A stretch of 64,000 bases of DNA. It comes from Eledone cirrhosa (taxonomy: Eukaryota). The notes beneath the pieces were generated by a model, which saw only the letters and a program-made list of their open reading frames with translations, was not told the DNA's origin and did not search any database. The stretch lies in NCBI GenBank assembly GCA_964016885.1, contig OZ024743.1, forward strand, positions 212,164,001 through 212,228,000, in the 5' to 3' direction. Made by a program: the position numbers and the translations under genes. Positions 9,801-24,600 of the stretch are shown piece after piece (the stretch's first letter is position 1; every line of letters starts with the position of its first letter).

Positions 9801-12800
9801 CATTCGCCGGCGGACTTCAGCTGCCTCATTTAGCATGGGCAGTTTTTCTTGAAGATCACACCACACACAGCCAATGAGTGTCTGCACATGTACCAGTAAT
9901 TACAGATGGATCCCACCACGGGCGGCCGGCCCACAATTGAAAAGGTTACTCCGCCTGCAAATCGTCATTTTCGGATTCGTTTTCTTCGAAGCACACCATT
10001 TGCCGGCGGACTTCAGCTGCCTCATTTAGCATGGGCAGTTTTTCTTGAAGATCACACCACACACAGCCAATGAGTGTCTGCACATGTACCAGTAATTAGA
10101 GATCGATCCGACCACGGGCGGCCGGCCCACGATCGAGGAAAAGGTAACTCCGCCGGCAAATCGTCATTTTTGTGATCCGTTTTCTTCGAAGCACACCATT
10201 CGCCGCCGGACTTCAGCTGCCTCATTTAGCATGGGCAGTTTTTTTTGAAAATCACACCACACACAACCAATGTGTGTCTGCACATGTACCAGTAATTACA
10301 GATCGATCCGACCACGGGCGGCCGGCCCGCGATTGAAAAGGTAACTCCGCCGGCAAATCGTCATTTTTGTGATTCGTTTTCTTCGAAGCACACCATTCGC
10401 CGCCGGACTTCAGCTGCCTCATTTAGCATGGGCAGTTTTTTTTGAAAATCACACCACACACAACCAATGTGTGTCTGCACATGTACCAGTAATTACAGAT
10501 CGATCCCACCACGAGTTCAATGTAAACTAACTTACGCTCAACGACTTTGTTGACGTTTAACACGGTTTGGTTCCACAGCCACAACTATTGATTTTAAGGA
10601 GATATCTTGCTGAAATTCACGCCACACATAGCCAATGAGTGTCTGCACATGTACCAGTAATTACAGATCGATCCGACCACGGACGGCCGGCCCGCGATTA
10701 AAAAGGTAACTCCGCCGGCAAATCGTCATTTTTGGATTCGTTTTCTTCGAAGCACACCATTCGCCGGCGTACTTTGTTGACGTTTAACACGGTTTGGTTC
10801 CACAGCCACAACTATTGATTTTAAGGAGATATCTTGCTGAAATTCACGCCACACATAGCCAATGAGTGTCTGCACATGTACCAGTAATTACAGATGGATC
10901 CCACCACGGGCGGCCGGCCCACAATCGAAAAGGTTACTCCGCCTGCAAATCGTCATTTTCGGATTCGTTTTCTTCGAAGCACACCATTCGCCGGCGGACT
11001 TCAGCTGCCTCATTTAGCATGAGCAGTTTTCCTTGAAGATCACACCACACACAGCCAATGAGTGTCTGCACATGTACCAGTAATTACAGATGGATCCCAC
11101 CACGGGCGGCCGGCCCACAATCGAAAAGGTTACTCCGCCTGCAAATCGTCATTTTCGGATTCGTTTTCTTCGAAGCACACCATTCGCCGGCGGACTTCAG
11201 CTGCCTCATTTAGCATGGGCAGTTTTTCTTGAAGATCACACCACACACACCCAATGAGTGTCTGCACATGTACCAGTAATTAGAGATCGATCCGACCACG
11301 GGCGGCCGGCCCACGATCGAGAAAAAGGTAACTCCGCCGGCAAATCGTCATTTTTGTGATCCGTTTTCTTCGAAGCACACCATTCGCCGCCGGACTTCAG
11401 CTGCCTCATTTAGCATGGGCAGTTTTTTTTGAAAATCACACCACACACAACCAATGTGTGTCTGCACATGTACCAGTAATTACAGATCGATCCGACCACG
11501 GGCGGCCGGCCCGCGATTGAAAAGGTAACTCCGCCGGCAAATCGTCATTTTTGTGATTCGTTTTCTTCGAAGCACACCATTCGCCGCCGGACTTTAGCTG
11601 CCTCATTTAGCATGGGCAGTTTTTTTTGAAAATCACACCACACACAACCAATGTGTGTCTGCACATGTACCAGTAATTACAGATCGATCCCACCACGAGT
11701 TCAATGTAAACAAACTTACGCTCAACGACTTTGTTGACGTTTAACACGGTTTGGTTCCACAGCCACAACTATTGATTTTACGGAGATATCTTGCTGAAAT
11801 TCACGCCACACATAGCCAATGAGTGTCTGCACATCTACCAGTAATTACAGATGGATCCCACCACGGGCGGCCGGCCCACAATCGAAACGGTTACTCCGCC
11901 TGCAAATCGTCATTTTCGGATTCGTTTTCTTCGAAGCACACCATTCGCCGGCGGACTTCAGCTGCCTCATTTAGCATGAGCAGTTTTTCTTGAAGATCAC
12001 ACCACACACAGCCAATGAGTGTCTGCACATGTACCAGTAATTACAGATGGATCCCACCACGGGCGGCCGGCCCACAATCGAAAAGGTTACTCCGCCTGCA
12101 AATCGTCATTTTCGGATTCGTTTTCTTCGAAGCACACCATTCGCCGGCGGACTTCAGCTGCCTCATTTAGCATGGGCAGTTCTTCTTGAAGATCACACCA
12201 CACACAGCCAATGAGTGTCTGCACATGTACCAGTAATTACAGATGGATCCCACCACGGGCGGCCGGCCCACAATCGAAAAGGTTACTCCGCCTGCAAATC
12301 GTCATTTTCGGATTCGTTTTCTTCGAAGCACACCATTCGCCGGCGGACTTCAGCTGCCTCATTTAGCATGGGCAGTTTTTCTTGAAGATCACACCACACA
12401 CAGCCAATGAGTGTCTGCACATGTACCAGTAATTAGAGATCGATCCGACCACGGGCGGCCGGCCCACGATCGAGAAAAAGGTAACTCCGCCGGCAAATCG
12501 TCATTTTTGTGATCCGTTTTCTTCGAAGCACACCATTCGCCGCCGGACTTCAGCTGCCTCATTTAGCATGGGCAGTTTTTTTTGAAAATCACACCACACA
12601 CAACCAATGTGTGTCTGCACATGTACCAGTAATTACAGATCGATCCCACCACGGGCGGCCGGCCCACAATCGAAAAGGTTACTCCGCCTGCAAATCGTCA
12701 TTTTCGGATTCGTTTTCTTCGAAGCACACCATTCGCCGGCGGACTTCAGCTGCCTCATTTAGCATGAGCAGTTTTTCTTGAAGATCACACCACACACAGC

Positions 12801-15800
12801 CAATGAGTGTCTGCACATGTACCAGTAATTACAGATGGATCCCCCCACGGGCGGCCGGCCCACAATCGAAAAGGTTACTCCGCCTGCAAATCGTCATTTT
12901 CGGATTCGTTTTCTTCGAAGCACACCATTCGCCGGCGGACTTCAGCTGCCTCATTTAGCATGAGCAGTTTTTCTTGAAGATCACACCACACACAGCCAAT
13001 GAGTGTCTGCACATGTACCAGTAATTACAGATGGATCCCACCACGGGCGGCCGGCCGACAATCGAAAAGGTTACTCCGCCTGCAAATCGTCATTTTCGGA
13101 TTCGTTTTCTTCGAAGCACACCATTCGCCGGCGGACTTCAGCTGCCTCATTTAGCATGGGCAGTTTTTCTTGAAGATCACACCACACACAGCCAATGAGT
13201 GTCTGCACATGTACCAGTAATTACAGATGGATCCCACCACGGGCGGCCGGCCCACAATCGAAAAGGTTACTCCGCCTGCAAATCGTCATTTTCGGATTCG
13301 TTTTCTTCGAAGCACACCATTCGCCGGCGGACTTCAGCTGCCTCATTTAGCATGGGCAGTTTTTCTTGAAGATCACACCACACACAGCCAATGAGTGTCT
13401 GCACATGTACCAGTAATTAGAGATCGATCCGACCACGGGCGGCCGGCCCACGATCGAGAAAAAGGTAACTCCGCCGGCAAATCGTCATTTTTGTGATCCG
13501 TTTTCTTCGAAGCACACCATTCGCCGCCGGACTTCAGCTGCCTCATTTAGCATGGGCAGTTTTTTTTGAAAATCACACCACACACAACCAATGTGTGTCT
13601 GCACATGTACCAGTAATTACAGATCGATCCGACCACGGGCGGCCGGCCCGCGATTTAAAAGGTAACTCCGCCAGCAAATCGTCATTTTTGTGATTCGTTT
13701 TCTTCGAAGCACACCATTCGCCGCCGGACTTCAGCTGCCTCATTTAGCATGGGCAGTTTTTTTTGAAAATCACACCACACACAACCAATGTGTGTCTGCA
13801 CATGTACCAGTAATTACAGATCGATCCCACCACGAGTTCAATGTAAACAAACTTACGCTCAACGACTTTGTTGACGTTTAACACGGTTTGGTTCCACAGC
13901 CACAACTATTGATTTTAAGGAGATATCTTGCTGAAATTCACGCCACACATAGCCAATGAGTGTCTGCACATGTACCAGTAATTAGAGATCGATCCGACCA
14001 CGGGCGGCCGGCCCACGATCGAGGAAAAGGTAACTCCGCCGGCAAATCGTCATTTTTGTGATCCGTTTTCTTCGAAGCACACCATTCGCCGCCGGACTTC
14101 AGCTGCCTCATTTAGCATGGGCAGTTTTTTTTGAAAATCACACCACACACAACCAATGTGTGTCTGCACATGTACCAGTAATTACAGATCGATCCCACCA
14201 CGGGCGGCCGGCCCACAATCGAAAAGGTTACTCCGCCTGCAAATCGTCATTTTCGGATTCGTTTTCTTCGAAGCACACCATTCGCCGGCGGACTTCAGCT
14301 GCCTCATTTAGCATGAGCAGTTTTTCTTGAAGATCACACCACACACAGCCAATGAGTGTCTGCACATGTACCAGTAATTACAGATGGATCCCCCCACGGG
14401 CGGCCGGCCCACAATCGAAAAGGTTACTCCGCCTGCAAATCGTCATTTTCGGATTCGTTTTCTTCGAAGCACACCATTCGCCGGCGGACTTCAGCTGCCT
14501 CATTTAGCATGAGCAGTTTTTCTTGAAGATCACACCACACACAGCCAATGAGTGTCTGCACATGTACCAGTAATTACAGATGGATCCCACCACGGGCGGC
14601 CGGCCCACAATCGAAAAGGTTACTCCGCCTGCAAATCGTCATTTTCGGATTCGTTTTCTTCGAAGCACACCATTCGCCGGCGGACTTCAGCTGCCTTATT
14701 TAGCATGGGCAGTTTTTCTTGAAAATCACACCACACACAACCAATGTGTGTCTGCACATGTACCAGTAATTACAGATCGATCCCACCACGAGTTCAATGT
14801 AAACAAACTTACGCTCAACGACTTTGTTGACGTTTAACACGGTTTGGTTCCACAGCCACAACTATTGATTTTAAGGAGATATCTTGCTGAAATTCACGCC
14901 ACACATAGCCAATGAGTGTCTGCACATGTACCAGTAATTACAGATCGATCCGACCACGGACGGCCGGCCCGCGATTGAAAAGGTAACTCCGCCGGCAAAT
15001 CGTCATTTTTGGATTCGTTTTCTTCGAAGCACACCATTCGCCGGCGTACTTTGTTGACGTTTAACACGGTTTGGTTCCACAGCCACAACTATTGATTTTA
15101 AGGAGATATCTTGCTGAAATTCACGCCACACATAGCCAATGAGTGTCTGCACATGTACCAGTAATTACAGATGGATCCCACCACGGGCGGCCGGCCCACA
15201 ATCGAAAAGGTTACTCCGCCTGCAAATCGTCATTTTCGGATTCGTTTTCTTCGAAGCACACCATTCGCCGGCGGACTTCAGCTGCCTCATTTAGCATGGG
15301 CAGTTTTTCTTGAAGATCACACCACACACAGCCAATGAGTGTCTGCACATGTACCAGTAATTAGAGATCGATCCGACCACGGGCGGCCGGCCCACGATCG
15401 AGAAAAAGGTAACTCCGCCGGCAAATCGTCATTTTTGTGATCCGTTTTCTTCGAAGCACACCATTCGCCGCCGGACTTCAGCTGCCTCATTTAGCATGGG
15501 CAGTTTTTTTTGAAAATCACACCACACACAACCAATGTGTGTCTGCACATGTACCAGTAATTACAGATCGATCCCACCACGGGCGGCCGGCCCACAATCG
15601 AAAAGGTTACTCCGCCTGCAAATCGTCATTTTCGGATTCGTTTTCTTCGAAGCACACCATTCGCCGGCGGACTTCAGCTGCCTCATTTAGCATGAGCAGT
15701 TTTTCTTGAAGATCACACCACACACAGCCAATGAGTGTCTGCACATGTACCAGTAATTACAGATGGATCCCCCCACGGGCGGCCGGCCCACAATCGAAAA

Positions 15801-16543
15801 GGTTACTCCGCCTGCAAATCGTCATTTTCGGATTCGTTTTCTTCGAAGCACACCATTCGCCGGCGGACTTCAGCTGCCTCATTTAGCATGAGCAGTTTTT
15901 CTTGAAGATCACACCACACACAGCCAATGAGTGTCTGCACATGTACCAGTAATTACAGATGGATCCCACCACGGGCGGCCGGCCGACAATCGAAAAAGTT
16001 ACTCCGCCTGCAAATCGTCATTTTCGGATTCGTTTTCTTCGAAGCACACCATTCGCCGGCGGACTTCAGCTGCCTCATTTAGCATGGGCAGTTTTTCTTG
16101 AAGATCACACCACACACAGCCAATGAGTGTCTGCACATGTACCAGTAATTACAGATGGATCCCACCACGGGCGGCCGGCCCACAATTGAAAAGGTTACTC
16201 CGCCTGCAAATCGTCATTTTCGGATTCGTTTTCTTCGAAGCACACCATTTGCCGGCGGACTTCAGCTGCCTCATTTAGCATGGGCAGTTTTTCTTGAAGA
16301 TCACACCACACACAGCCAATGAGTGTCTGCACATGTACCAGTAATTAGAGATCGATCCGACCACGGGCGGCCGGCCCACGATCGAGGAAAAGGTAACTCC
16401 GCCGGCAAATCGTCATTTTTGTGATCCGTTTTCTTCGAAGCACACCATTCGCCGCCGGACTTCAGCTGCCTCATTTAGCATGGGCAGTTTTTTTTGAAAA
16501 TCACACCACACACAACCAATGTGTGTCTGCACATGTACCAGTA
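3890..16543. repeat. 6249-bp (32-monomer) tandem duplication, two near-identical copies
   Basis: ORF starts are offset by exactly 6249 (6260/12509, 7244/13493, 8331/14580, 9188/15437). Rare variants such as TAAACTAACT, GATTAAAAAGG, CACATCTACC, GAAACGG, GGCCGACAAT and CCATTTGCC occur in both copies. Composition 17A+6B+3C+4D+2E sums to 6249. Confidence 0.93.
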
Positions 16544-17878
16544 CTTACAGATCGATCCCACCACGGGCGGCCGGCCCACAATCGAAAAGGTTACTCCGCC
16601 TGCAAATCGTCATTTTCGGATTCGTTTTCTTCGAAGCACACCATTCGCCGGCGGACTTCAGCTGCCTCATTTAGCATGAGCAGTTTTTCTTGAAGATCAC
16701 ACCACACACAGCCAATGAGTGTCTGCACATGTACCAGTAATTACAGATGGATCCCCCCACGGGCGGCCGGCCCACAATCGAAAAGGTTACTCCGCCTGCA
16801 AATCGTCATTTTCGGATTCGTTTTCTTCGAAGCACACCATTCGCCGGCGGACTTCAGCTGCCTCATTTAGCATGAGCAGTTTTTCTTGAAGATCACACCA
16901 CACACAGCCAATGAGTGTCTGCACATGTACCAGTAATTACAGATGGATCCCACCACGGGCGGCCGGCCCACAATCGAAAAGGTTACTCCGCCTGCAAATC
17001 GTCATTTTCGGATTCGTTTTCTTCGAAGCACACCATTCGCCGGCGGACTTCAGCTGCCTTATTTAGCATGGGCAGTTTTTCTTGAAGATCACACCACACA
17101 CAGCCAATGAGTGTCTGCACATGTACCAGTAATTAGAGATCGATCCGACCACGGGCGGCCGGCCCACGATCGAGAAAAAGGTAACTCCGCCGGCAAATAG
17201 TCATTTTTGTGATCCGTTTTCTTCGAAGCACACCATTCGCCGCCGGACTTCAGCTGCCTCATTTAGCATGGGCAGTTTTTTTTGAAAATCACACCACACA
17301 CAACCAATGTGTGTCTGCACATGTACCAGTAATTACAGATCGATCCGACCACGGGCGGCCGGCCCGCGATTGAAAAGGTAACTCCGCCGGCAAATCGTCA
17401 TTTTTGTGATTCGTTTTCTTCGAAGCACACCATTCGCCGCCGGACTTCAGCTGCCTCATTTAGCATGGGCAGTTTTTTTTGAAAATCACACCACACACAA
17501 CCAATGTGTGTCTGCACATGTACCAGTAATTACAGATCGATCCCACCACGAGTTCAATGTAAACAAACTTACGCTCAACGACTTTGTTGACGTTTAACAC
17601 GGTTTGGTTCCACAGCCACAACTATTGATTTTAAGGAGATATCTTGCTGAAATTCACGCCACACATAGCCAATGAGTGTCTGCACATGTACCAGTAATTA
17701 CAGATGGATCCCACCACGGGCGGCCGGCCCACAATCGAAAAGGTTACTCCGCCTGCAAATCGTCATTTTCGGATTCGTTTTCTTCGAAGCACACCATTCG
17801 CCGGCGGACTTCAGCTGCCTCATTTAGCATGGGCAGTTTTTCTTGAAGATCACACCACACACAGCCAATGAGTGTCTG

Positions 17879-20800
17879 CACATGTACCAGTAATTAGAGA
17901 TCGATCCGACCACGGGCGGCCGGCCCACGATCGAGAAAAAGGTAACTCCGCCGGCAAATCGTCATTTTTGTGATCCGTTTTCTTCGAAGCACACCATTCG
18001 CCGCCGGACTTCAGCTGCCTCATTTAGCATGGGCAGTTTTTTTTGAAAATCACACCACACACAACCAATGTGTGTCTGCACATGTACCAGTAATTACAGA
18101 TCGATCCCACCACGGGCGGCCGGCCCACAATCGAAAAGGTTACTCCGCCTGCAAATCGTCATTTTCGGATTCGTTTTCTTCGAAGCACACCATTCGCCGG
18201 CGGACTTCAGCTGCCTCATTTAGCATGAGCAGTTTTTCTTGAAGATCACACCACACACAGCCAATGAGTGTCTGCACATGTACCAGTAATTACAGATGGA
18301 TCCCCCCACGGGCGGCCGGCCCACAATCGAAAAGGTTACTCCGCCTGCAAATCGTCATTTTCGGATTCGTTTTCTTCGAAGCACACCATTCGCCGGCGGA
18401 CTTCAGCTGCCTCATTTAGAATGAGCAGTTTTTCTTGAAGATCACACCACACACAGCCAATGAGTGTCTGCACATGTACCAGTAATTACAGATGGATCCC
18501 ACCACGGGCGGCCGGCCCACAATCGAAAAGGTTACTCCGCCTGCAAATCGTCATTTTCGGATTCGTTTTCTTCGAAGCACACCATTCGCCGGCGGACTTC
18601 AGCTGCCTCATTTAGCATGGGCAGTTTTTCTTGAAGATCACACCACACACAGCCAATGAGTGTCTGCAGATGTACCAGTAATTACAGATGGATCCCACCA
18701 CGGGCGGCCGGCCCACAATTGAAAAGGTTACTCCGCCTGCAAATCGTCATTTTCGGATTCGTTTTCTTCGAAGCACACCATTCGCCGGCGGACTTCAGCT
18801 GCCTCATTTAGCATGGGCAGTTTTTCTTGAAGATCACACCACACACAGCCAATGAGTGTCTGCACATGTACCAGTAATTAGAGATCGATCCGACCACGGG
18901 CGGCCGGCCCACGATCGAGGAAAAGGTAACTCCGCCGGCAAATCGTCATTTTTGTGATCCGTTTTCTTCGAAGCACACCATTCGCCGCCGGACTTCAGCT
19001 GCCTCATTTAGCATGGGCAGTTTTTTTTGAAAATCACACCACACACAACCAATGTGTGTCTGCACATGTACCAGTAATTACAGATCGATCCCACCACGGG
19101 CGGCCGGCCCACAATCGAAAAGGTTACTCCGCCTGCAAATCGTCATTTTCGGATTCGTTTTCTTCGAAGCACACCATTCGCCGGCGGACTTCAGCTGCCT
19201 CATTTAGCATGAGCAGTTTTTCTTGAAAATCACACCACACACAGCCAATGAGTGTCTGCACATGTACCAGTAATTACAGATGGATCCCCCCACGGGCGGC
19301 CGGCCCACAATCGAAAAGGTTACTCCGCCTGCAAATCGTCATTTTCGGATTCGTTTTCTTCGAAGCACACCATTCGCCGGCGGACTTCAGCTGCCTCATT
19401 TAGCATGAGCAGTTTTTCTTGAAGATCACACCACACACAGCCAATGAGTGTCTGCACATGTACCAGTAATTACAGATGGATCCCACCACGGGCGGCCGGC
19501 CCACAATCGAAAAGGTTACTCCGCCTGCAAATCGTCATTTTCGGATTCGTTTTCTTCGAAGCACACCATTCGCCGGCGGACTTCAGCTGCCTCATTTAGC
19601 ATGGGCAGTTTTTCTTGAAGATCACACCACACACAGCCAATGAGTGTCTGCACATGTACCAGTAATTACAGATGGATCCCACCACGGGCGGCCGGCCCAC
19701 AATTGAAAAGGTTACTCCGCCTGCAAATCGTCATTTTCGGATTCGTTTTCTTCGAAGCACACCATTCGCCGGCGGACTTCAGCTGCCTCATTTAGCATGG
19801 GCAGTTTTTCTTGAAGATCACACCACACACAGCCAATGAGTGTCTGCACATGTACCAGTAATTAGAGATCGATCCGACCACGGGCGGCCGGCCCACGATC
19901 GAGGAAAAGGTAACTCCGCCGGCAAATCGTCATTTTTGTGATCCGTTTTCTTCGAAGCACACCATTCGCCGCCGGACTTCAGCTGCCTCATTTAGCATGG
20001 GCAGTTTTTTTTGAAAATCACACCACACACAACCAATGTGTGTCTGCACATGTACCAGTAATTACAGATCGATCCCACCACGGGCGGCCGGCCCACAATC
20101 GAAAAGGTTACTCCGCCTGCAAATCGTCATTTTCGGATTCGTTTTCTTCGAAGCACACCATTCGCCGGCGGACTTCAGCTGCCTCATTTAGCATGAGCAG
20201 TTTTTCTTGAAGATCACACCACACACAGCCAATGAGTGTCTGCACATGTACCAGTAATTACAGATGGATCCCCCCACGGGCGGCCGGCCCACAATCGAAA
20301 AGGTTACTCCGCCTGCAAATCGTCATTTTCGGATTCGTTTTCTTCGAAGCACACCATTCGCCGGCGGACTTCAGCTGCCTCATTTAGCATGAGCAGTTTT
20401 TCTTGAAGATCACACCACACACAGCCAATGAGTGTCTGCACATGTACCAGTAATTACAGATGGATCCCACCACGGGCGGCCGGCCCACAATCGAAAAGGT
20501 TACTCCGCCTGCAAATCGTCATTTTCGGATTCGTTTTCTTCGAAGCACACCATTCGCCGGCGGACTTCAGCTGCCTCATTTAGCATGGGCAGTTTTTCTT
20601 GAAGATCACACCACACACAGCCAATGAGTGTCTGCACATGTACCAGTAATTACAGATGGATCCCACCACGGGCGGCCGGCCCACAATTGAAAAGGTTACT
20701 CCGCCTGCAAATCGTCATTTTCGGATTCGTTTTCTTCGAAGCACACCATTCGCCGGCGGACTTCAGCTGCCTCATTTAGCATGGGCAGTTTTTCTTGAAG

Positions 20801-21618
20801 ATCACACCACACACAGCCAATGAGTGTCTGCACATGTACCAGTAATTAGAGATCGATCCGACCACGGGCGGCCGGCCCACGATCGAGGAAAAGGTAACTC
20901 CGCCGGCAAATCGTCATTTTTGTGATCCGTTTTCTTCGAAGCACACCATTCGCCGCCGGACTTCAGCTGCCTCATTTAGCATGGGCAGTTTTTTTTGAAA
21001 ATCACACCACACACAACCAATGTGTGTCTGCACATGTACCAGTAATTACAGATCGATCCCACCACGGGCGGCCGGCCCACAATCGAAAAGGTTACTCCGC
21101 CTGCAAATCGTCATTTTCGGATTCGTTTTCTTCGAAGCACACCATTCGCCGGCGGACTTCAGCTGCCTCATTTAGCATGAGCAGTTTTTCTTGAAGATCA
21201 CACCACACACAGCCAATGAGTGTCTGCACATGTACCAGTAATTACAGATGGATCCCCCCACGGGCGGCCGGCCCACAATCGAAAAGGTTACTCCGCCTGC
21301 AAATCGTCATTTTCGGATTCGTTTTCTTCGAAGCACACCATTCGCCGGCGGACTTCAGCTGCCTCATTTAGCATGAGCAGTTTTTCTTGAAGATCACACC
21401 ACACACAGCCAATGAGTGTCTGCACATGTACCAGTAATTACAGATGGATCCCACCACGGGCGGCCGGCCCACAATCGAAAAGGTTACTCCGCCTGCAAAT
21501 CGTCATTTTCGGATTCGTTTTCTTCGAAGCACACCATTCGCCGGCGGACTTCAGCTGCCTTATTTAGCATGGGCAGTTTTTCTTGAAGATCACACCACAC
21601 ACAGCCAATGAGTGTCTG
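17879..21618. repeat. 984-bp 5-mer higher-order repeat (B-A'-A-A-A), about 3.8 tandem copies; the same unit recurs elsewhere (e.g. 6169, 23195, 34801, 40885, 55393)
   Basis: ORF starts 17970, 18954, 19938 and 20922 are 984 apart; 200+4x196=984. Confidence 0.92.
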
Positions 21619-24600
21619 CACATGTACCAGTAATTAGAGATCGATCCGACCACGGGCGGCCGGCCCACGATCGAGAAAAAGGTAACTCCGCCGGCAAATA
21701 GTCATTTTTGTGATCCGTTTTCTTCGAAGCACACCATTCGCCGCCGGACTTCAGCTGCCTCATTTAGCATGGGCAGTTTTTTTTGAAAATCACACCACAC
21801 ACAACCAATGTGTGTCTGCACATGTACCAGTAATTACAGATCGATCCGACCACGGGCGGCCGGCCCGCGATTGAAAAGGTAACTCCGCCGGCAAATCGTC
21901 ATTTTTGTGATTCGTTTTCTTCGAAGCACACCATTCGCCGCCGGACTTCAGCTGCCTCATTTAGCATGGGCAGTTTTTTTTGAAAATCACACCACACACA
22001 ACCAATGTGTGTCTGCACATGTACCAGTAATTACAGATCGATCCCACCACGAGTTCAATGTAAACAAACTTACGCTCAACGACTTTGTTGACGTTTAACA
22101 CGGTTTGGTTCCACAGCCACAACTATTGATTTTAAGGAGATATCTTGCTGAAATTCACGCCACACATAGCCAATGAGTGTCTGCACATGTACCAGTAAGT
22201 ACAGATCGATCCGACCACGGACGGCCGGCCCGCGATTGAAAAGGTAACTCCGCCGGCAAATCGTCATTTTTGGATTCGTTTTCTTCGAAGCACACCATTC
22301 GCCGGCGTACTTTGTTGACGTTTAACACGGTTTGGTTCCACAGCCACAACTATTGATTTTAAGGAGATATCTTGCTGAAATTCACGCCACACATAGCCAA
22401 TGTGTGTCTGCACATGTACCAGTAATTACAGATCGATCCCACCACGGGCGGCCGGCCCACAATCGAAAAGGTTACTCCGCCTGCAAATCGTCATTTTCGG
22501 ATTCGTTTTCTTCGAAGCACACCATTCGCCGGCGGACTTCAGCTGCCTCATTTAGCATGAGCAGTTTTTCTTGAAGATCACACCACACACAGCCAATGAG
22601 TGTCTGCACATGTACCAGTAATTACAGATGGATCCCCCCACGGGCGGCCGGCCCACAATCGAAAAGGTTACTCCGCCTGCAAATCGTCATTTTCGGATTC
22701 GTTTTCTTCGAAGCACACCATTCGCCGGCGGACTTCAGCTGCCTCATTTAGCATGAGCAGTTTTTCTTGAAGATCACACCACACACAGCCAATGAGTGTC
22801 TGCACATGTACCAGTAATTACAGATGGATCCCACCACGGGCGGCCGGCCCACAATCGAAAAGGTTACTCCGCCTGCAAATCGTCATTTTCGGATTCGTTT
22901 TCTTCGAAGCACACCATTCGCCGGCGGACTTCAGCTGCCTCATTTAGCATGGGCAGTTTTTCTTGAAGATCACACCACACACAGCCAATGAGTGTCTGCA
23001 CATGTACCAGTAATTACAGATGGATCCCACCACGGGCGGCCGGCCCACAATTGAAAAGGTTACTCCGCCTGCAAATCGTCATTTTCGGATTCGTTTTCTT
23101 CGAAGCACACCATTCGCCGGCGGACTTCAGCTGCCTCATTTAGCATGGGCAGTTTTTCTTGAAGATCACACCACACACAGCCAATGAGTGTCTGCACATG
23201 TACCAGTAATTAGAGATCGATCCGACCACGGGCGGCCGGCCCACGATCGAGGAAAAGGTAACTCCGCCGGCAAATCGTCATTTTTGTGATCCGTTTTCTT
23301 CGAAGCACACCATTCGCCGCCGGACTTCAGCTGCCTCATTTAGCATGGGCAGTTTTTTTTGAAAATCACACCACACACAACCAATGTGTGTCTGCACATG
23401 TACCAGTAATTACAGATCGATCCCACCACGGGCGGCCGGCCCACAATCGAAAAGGTTACTCCGCCTGCAAATCGTCATTTTCGGATTCGTTTTCTTCGAA
23501 GCACACCATTCGCCGGCGGACTTCAGCTGCCTCATTTAGCATGAGCAGTTTTTCTTGAAGATCACACCACACACAGCCAATGAGTGTCTGCACATGTACC
23601 AGTAATTACAGATGGATCCCCCCACGGGCGGCCGGCCCACAATCGAAAAGGTTACTCCGCCTGCAAATCGTCATTTTCGGATTCGTTTTCTTCGAAGCAC
23701 ACCATTCGCCGGCGGACTTCAGCTGCCTCATTTAGCATGAGCAGTTTTTCTTGAAGATCACACCACACACAGCCAATGAGTGTCTGCACATGTACCAGTA
23801 ATTACAGATGGATCCCACCACGGGCGGCCGGCCCACAATCGAAAAGGTTACTCCGCCTGCAAATCGTCATTTTCGGATTCGTTTTCTTCGAAGCACACCA
23901 TTCGCCGGCGGACTTCAGCTGCCTCATTTAGCATGGGCAGTTTTTCTTGAAGATCACACCACACACAGCCAATGAGTGTCTGCACATGTACCAGTAATTA
24001 CAGATGGATCCCACCACGGGCGGCCGGCCCACAATTGAAAAGGTTACTCCGCCTGCAAATCGTCATTTTCGGATTCGTTTTCTTCGAAGCACACCATTCG
24101 CCGGCGGACTTCAGCTGCCTCATTTAGCATGGGCAGTTTTTCTTGAAGATCACACCACACACAGCCAATGAGTGTCTGCACATGTACCAGTAATTAGAGA
24201 TCGATCCGACCACGGGCGGCCGGCCCACGATCGAGGAAAAGGTAACTCCGCCGGCAAATCGTCATTTTTGTGATCCGTTTTCTTCGAAGCACACCCTTCG
24301 CCGCCGGACTTCAGCTGCCTCATTTAGCATGGGCAGTTTTTTTTGAAAATCACACCACACACAACCAATGTGTGTCTGCACATGTACCAGTAATTACAGA
24401 TCGATCCCACCACGGGCGGCCGGCCCACAATCGAAAAGGTTACTCCGCCTGCAAATCGTCATTTTCGGATTCGTTTTCTTCGAAGCACACCATTCGCCGG
24501 CGGACTTCAGCTGCCTCATTTAGCATGAGCAGTTTTTCTTGAAGATCACACCACACACAGCCAATGAGTGTCTGCACATGTACCAGTAATTACAGATGGA

